Below the pieces are notes generated by a model. It saw only the letters and a program-made list of their open reading frames with translations, was not told where the DNA came from and did not search any database. The translations under genes and the position numbers were made by a program. Shown in pieces: positions 28,322 through 32,000 of a DNA stretch of 32,000 nucleotides (the stretch's first letter is position 1; each line of letters begins with the position of its first letter). Origin of the DNA: Geotalea daltonii FRC-32 (GTDB taxonomy: Bacteria > Desulfobacterota > Desulfuromonadia > Geobacterales > Geobacteraceae). The stretch is from the NCBI RefSeq assembly GCF_000022265.1, contig NC_011979.1:3150001-3182000 (forward strand). Direction: 5' to 3'.

Positions 28322-30413
28322 TCACGTAAGCCGTTATGGAATGAACCGTTCCATCGAATTGGGAATAAAATTTATCATAGTAATCCTGCAACATATATTC
28401 CATCGAGCAGGTCAGGTTTCTGGTAAACCTGTAATTGCCACGGGCAGAAAAGGAGGTCTCAACCGTTTTTGACCGTGAAAGCTCGGTAATACCGCTTGTG
28501 TATCCATAAGGATCAGGAAATGTCTTGTTTTCAGGCTTGAACTCCGAGAGCGAGTGCACCTCCTGCAAGGTCAGGGAAAGATCCGCTTTTTCGGTGAAAC
28601 GATAGGCCGTACCCAAAGAATAAAGATGGGACGCGGACCTGTAATTGGATGCTGCCAGGCTGCCATCTCCGGTTATGGAAAACATCAGTCCCTGATCCAT
28701 ATCGTTTTGCAGGAACCCGTAACTGGCAGTAATGGTAAGTTTTGGGAAAGGGCTGAACCACGCGGCGGTCGTGAAGTTGCGGGTGGTCTTGTCTCTTGAT
28801 AAAAGGGGAGAGAACTGGGCGTATTCAACGGGAGGGGTGGAGGAACTAATAACCCTTCTTTGCATCTCATCATTGAGTTCTCGGCTGTTGCGATAGCTTG
28901 CCGTGAAGCCGAGCCTTCCGGACAGGTTGTAGTTGGAGGTCAATTCTCCTTCATGCTTTTGGGCGAAAGACGTGCCATATGATGGGTGGTCGGTTGAGGT
29001 ATAGCCGTAACGGGCAGTCACCCTGAGTCCCTTCAAGGGACGACTGATAACGGAAATGGACCCCTTGTGGGTACTCTCGTTTTCATTGAGATACCAATTG
29101 AGGGTTTCGTCAAGGTAATGAACCAGGTTGCGATGCAGGAATTCACCTTTGTATTCACCCTTGACCGTAAGTTGGTTGGTGGGACGAAATAACAGGGTCG
29201 CCAGAATTACGTCCTTTTCTGTGCCAATGGAAGGGCGAACAGCCAGGATGTTATTGATAAAAAAGCTATTGGTGATGGTGGAGGGGTTGCGGTTCTCCAC
29301 CTCCTGCCGCCGGTATTTAAACCCTAACGACAGCTCCTTGAACGGCGTATAAACCAGATCACCGGCGTAATTATGCAGATTTGCCGAAGTCTGATCGGCT
29401 CCCGTAGTGTCGTTCAACCGTGACAGGTTGTCCCTCTTGCCGTAGGTATAGGATCCTGCCCCCACAAGGCCGCCTGCCAGTGAAGTGTGTAATTTCACCG
29501 TATGGGCAAAATAACGGCTGTCCGTATCTTCATTATGTTCCTGTATGCCAGACCTGTGAATGCTGCCAAAGACATTGCGCTCGACATAATTATCCCTGAG
29601 TTGTTCGGCTTTATTGATGAACTGCCTGATCTGGAAGTTGTATATCAGGTCGATCGGACCCAGATGAGTATCGAAGCCTATCTTTCCCTCATGTGTCTCA
29701 CGATTTACGGATCTGGATCTGGCAAAGAAGTTGTTCAGCGTCCCTTCAAAGGCAATATCCGCAAAGCGTATCTGACTTGTACCTTCTTTTACCATGCGCC
29801 AGTAGCCCAAGTTCACATGCAGTGGAAAGTCATGGATTTTGTAACGCAGACTGGCCGAATCCTGTTCGGTCTTCAGGCCGTACCCGGTCAGGGAAGAATC
29901 CTGATGGGGAATATAAGCGATACCTGGAAAATCAATCGGCTCGCTAAATAGTATTTCTCCGGTCGTATTGTGAAACAGAGCCTCGGTGCGCAGATGAAAG
30001 CGGTATTCACCGGCATAGTCGAAATTCAGATCGCCGTAATAATCTTTGTCGTTAAGATAGTTACCGTCCAGGGTAAATTTAAGGTCCTGCCCCAGCCTGT
30101 TGTAACTGGCACCGCCAATAATACCTGAATGCAGATAATTGTATTTGGAAGCGCGTCCGCCATAGTTGTCGATGGTCAGAAATCTGTATCCGGTGTATCC
30201 CTCCAGCAAAGAATGGGTCTCTGCAGCTTTTGCAGGAAATGCCTCTTGCAGCAGGGCTTCATCCAGCTCCGATAATTCGGAGCCGTCAGCAAGGTGGTTT
30301 TCTGTCTCGGTCGAAGTATCTGGTTTCTCCGAAGCCAAAGCATTGATAACCGAGAGATTAAACACAACTAATGCTGCCGCAAGCAAACAGGTCAATCTTA
30401 AGAGCTTTATCAC
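28308..30413 (-). CDS. large outer-membrane beta-barrel protein, MtrB/PioB-like (decaheme-associated porin)
   Basis: About 700 aa. AAGGAG SD 7 nt before GTG 30413 gives signal peptide MIKLLRLTCLLAAALVVFNLSVINALA-SE. Dozens of alternating-hydrophobicity strands (LTITASYGF, YSLGTAYRF, FSARGNYRF). C-terminal aromatic ...YVSAKW. The size and the position directly after an MtrA-type cytochrome match MtrB/PioB/MtoB. Confidence 0.65.
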   Translation of the reverse strand: MIKLLRLTCLLAAALVVFNLSVINALASEKPDTSTETENHLADGSELSELDEALLQEAFPAKAAETHSLLEGYTGYRFLTIDNYGGRASKYNYLHSGIIGGASYNRLGQDLKFTLDGNYLNDKDYYGDLNFDYAGEYRFHLRTEALFHNTTGEILFSEPIDFPGIAYIPHQDSSLTGYGLKTEQDSASLRYKIHDFPLHVNLGYWRMVKEGTSQIRFADIAFEGTLNNFFARSRSVNRETHEGKIGFDTHLGPIDLIYNFQIRQFINKAEQLRDNYVERNVFGSIHRSGIQEHNEDTDSRYFAHTVKLHTSLAGGLVGAGSYTYGKRDNLSRLNDTTGADQTSANLHNYAGDLVYTPFKELSLGFKYRRQEVENRNPSTITNSFFINNILAVRPSIGTEKDVILATLLFRPTNQLTVKGEYKGEFLHRNLVHYLDETLNWYLNENESTHKGSISVISRPLKGLRVTARYGYTSTDHPSYGTSFAQKHEGELTSNYNLSGRLGFTASYRNSRELNDEMQRRVISSSTPPVEYAQFSPLLSRDKTTRNFTTAAWFSPFPKLTITASYGFLQNDMDQGLMFSITGDGSLAASNYRSASHLYSLGTAYRFTEKADLSLTLQEVHSLSEFKPENKTFPDPYGYTSGITELSRSKTVETSFSARGNYRFTRNLTCSMEYMLQDYYDKFYSQFDGTVHSITAYVSAKW

Positions 30414-30448
30414 CAGCAATCTCCTTCTGCGCAAACGGAACGGTTTTT

Positions 30449-31444
30449 TTACTGACGCATTGTGCCCAGGCCGGTTACACCAGTTGACGGAATATCACTT
30501 CCATGAATCTGTGAATGGCAATCCGTGCAGCGATTGGAAAAGAGCTGTTTTGTTCCAGTGGTTCCGGCCATATGACCTGCATGGCACTGCAGGCAAAGAA
30601 ATGGCATCGTTGTATTCAGAAGCTGGTTGTTGGTTGACCCGTGGGGGGAATGGCAATTGGTGCAATTCTCAGTGACATCGCCATGCTCGAAGACGAAGGG
30701 ACCCTGTTTCTCCATGTGGCATTTCGTGCATGTTTCCTTTGGAGTATCGCCTTTAAGGAGGCTTTCCTGTGTGGACCCGTGGACATCATGACAGTCGGCA
30801 CAGGCCATCTTTTTCTCCACCAGGGGGTGATGTGAATACAAGTTGTTTTCAATTCTTACCTGTGGATGGCAGCCATAGCATAACTCAGCCATCTCTTCAT
30901 GCTTGACTTTCTGCTGTGGCCCCTGATGCAGCTTATGGCAATCAAGGCAACTCACGTCACTCAATGCGTGGGCACTGGCATTCCAGTGGGCCAGGGTCGG
31001 GATGGAAGCTGCGGAATGGCATTTAAGGCAGATAAGTGACTGGGCCTGGGCGGGGAGGTTCAGAATATCGAGGAATGTCTTGGAATCGCATTTTGTTTTC
31101 CTGGCGTCGTTCAATTCAGGGTCTTCAGGAAGGTCCATTATGGCAAGGCTTCCCGGACCATGGCAAGATTCGCAGTTGACCAGCGGCAGTCCTGTTCCCG
31201 GTTTTATCTGCTCACCATGGACGCTGTGCCGGAAATCGTCGGTTATCTTGTCATGGGCATGGCATTTGGCAACGCAATTGTCGGTTCCCACATAATCCGC
31301 ATCAAACCTGCCGACGATCATTCTTTCATAGTCAGAAACCGGCAGAAGCGGTTTTGTCTGCTTCAGCTGGGAACAGGCTGCCGACAGCACAGCAACAGCC
31401 ACGGCAATGAAAACACGGCACAGCATTCCCCTGTTGACTGTCAT
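30449..31444 (-). CDS. decaheme c-type cytochrome, MtrA/DmsE/PioA/MtoA family
   Basis: 331 aa with ten CxxCH motifs: CVAKCH, CESCH, CLKCH, CLDCH, CYGCH, CADCH, CTKCH, CTNCH, CLQCH, CTDCH. Signal peptide present. Collinear with S. oneidensis MtrA as I recall it (333 aa, 10 hemes), for example SHHPL...CADCHDVHGS and EKQGPFVFEHGDVTENCTNCHSPHGS...LCLQCHA. Confidence 0.88.
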   Translation of the reverse strand: MTVNRGMLCRVFIAVAVAVLSAACSQLKQTKPLLPVSDYERMIVGRFDADYVGTDNCVAKCHAHDKITDDFRHSVHGEQIKPGTGLPLVNCESCHGPGSLAIMDLPEDPELNDARKTKCDSKTFLDILNLPAQAQSLICLKCHSAASIPTLAHWNASAHALSDVSCLDCHKLHQGPQQKVKHEEMAELCYGCHPQVRIENNLYSHHPLVEKKMACADCHDVHGSTQESLLKGDTPKETCTKCHMEKQGPFVFEHGDVTENCTNCHSPHGSTNNQLLNTTMPFLCLQCHAGHMAGTTGTKQLFSNRCTDCHSQIHGSDIPSTGVTGLGTMRQ

Positions 31445-32000
31445 CTAATCCCCTCGTATTCCCTTTGTTGTCGTGTAGATGAAACCCTTTACGATCGGAT
31501 TCTCGCTCTTTTTGATCTGTGCCGGAGAGCCTACCTCGATAATCTTGCCTCCATGCATCATGGCAATACGGTCTGAAATGTAGAGTGCAAAATTCAAATC
31601 ATGGGTGACTATAACGGTCGTATTTTTAGTAGTTTCCTTGAGTTTCAAAATAGTATTGGCAAGCTCGTCCGTAGTTACCGGGTCCAGCTCTGCAGTGGGC
31701 TCGTCATAAAGTATCAGATCAGGGTTCATGGCCAGGGAACGGGCAATGGCAACCCTTTTTTTCATCCCCCCCGAAAGTTCGGAGGTCCTCAAATTTTCCG
31801 TGTCCTGCAGGCCTACCTTTTCCAGTTTTTCAGTTATGATCTGCCTGATCCTCACTTCCTTGCAGATGCGCTTTTCGCGCAACCAAAGACCGACGTTTTC
31901 GCCAACTGTCAGTGAATTAAAGAGCGCAGAAGACTGAAAGACCATGCTGTAGCGGTAGTCTCTGATGGAGTTGTTTTTAATCCTGTTGAAAATGGGATTG
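31445..32000 (-). CDS. ABC transporter ATP-binding protein, MlaF-like; 5' end off the window
   Basis: Q-loop MVFQSSALF, signature LSGGMKKRVAIAR, Walker B LILYDEPTAELD, H-loop VTHD, and a C-terminal NPIVKGFI like MlaF (DPRVRQFL). The frame is open to position 32000 (…NPIFNRIKNNSIRDYRYS-MVFQ). Confidence 0.85.
   Translation of the reverse strand, partial: NPIFNRIKNNSIRDYRYSMVFQSSALFNSLTVGENVGLWLREKRICKEVRIRQIITEKLEKVGLQDTENLRTSELSGGMKKRVAIARSLAMNPDLILYDEPTAELDPVTTDELANTILKLKETTKNTTVIVTHDLNFALYISDRIAMMHGGKIIEVGSPAQIKKSENPIVKGFIYTTTKGIRGD

Overview
Bacterial chromosomal window: about 26 kb of ordinary core genes, then one unusual 5.5-kb operon at the right edge. The gene content suggests an anaerobic Desulfobacterota/deltaproteobacterial-type genome, but that is inference only.

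Minus strand, 1-14.6 kb:
- A partial TgpA-like transglutaminase membrane protein, DUF58 and a MoxR ATPase.
- A YkgJ Cys-cluster protein.
- pyrE, purF, purQ, purL (PurS-like N-terminus fused), an embedded MscS channel gene, and purB.
- An MBL-fold hydrolase.
- A HAMP/PAS histidine kinase split by a frameshift.

Plus strand, 14.7-19.8 kb:
- gap, pgk, tpiA, secG and tRNA-Leu(GAG).
- An Slp-family lipoprotein, then tRNA-Leu(CAG).
- A 58-aa FmdB zinc-ribbon ORF that the ORF track misses.

19.8-26.5 kb, all minus strand except the last:
- A cupin.
- An ArsP/UPF0718-type permease with an extra C-terminal domain of about 230 aa.
- An M24 peptidase, a double-hotdog thioesterase and SppA.
- A YfcE-type phosphoesterase on the plus strand.

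Stand-out, 26504-32000 (minus strand): six genes with gaps of 35 nt or less. In order they are an MlaF-like ABC ATPase (5' end off-window), an MtrA/DmsE-family decaheme cytochrome c (ten CxxCH in 331 aa), a roughly 700-aa MtrB/PioB-like outer-membrane barrel, a periplasmic PF04392-type binding protein, a stand-alone CheY-like receiver, and a 130-aa orphan ending in CHNCGCGC. This looks like a porin-cytochrome electron conduit across the outer membrane. I do not know this gene context from the described Mtr/Mto/Pio/Dms or Geobacter Pcc loci.

No CRISPR array, transposase, integrase or rRNA was seen. All family assignments were made by eye from motifs and remembered sequences, not from any search.
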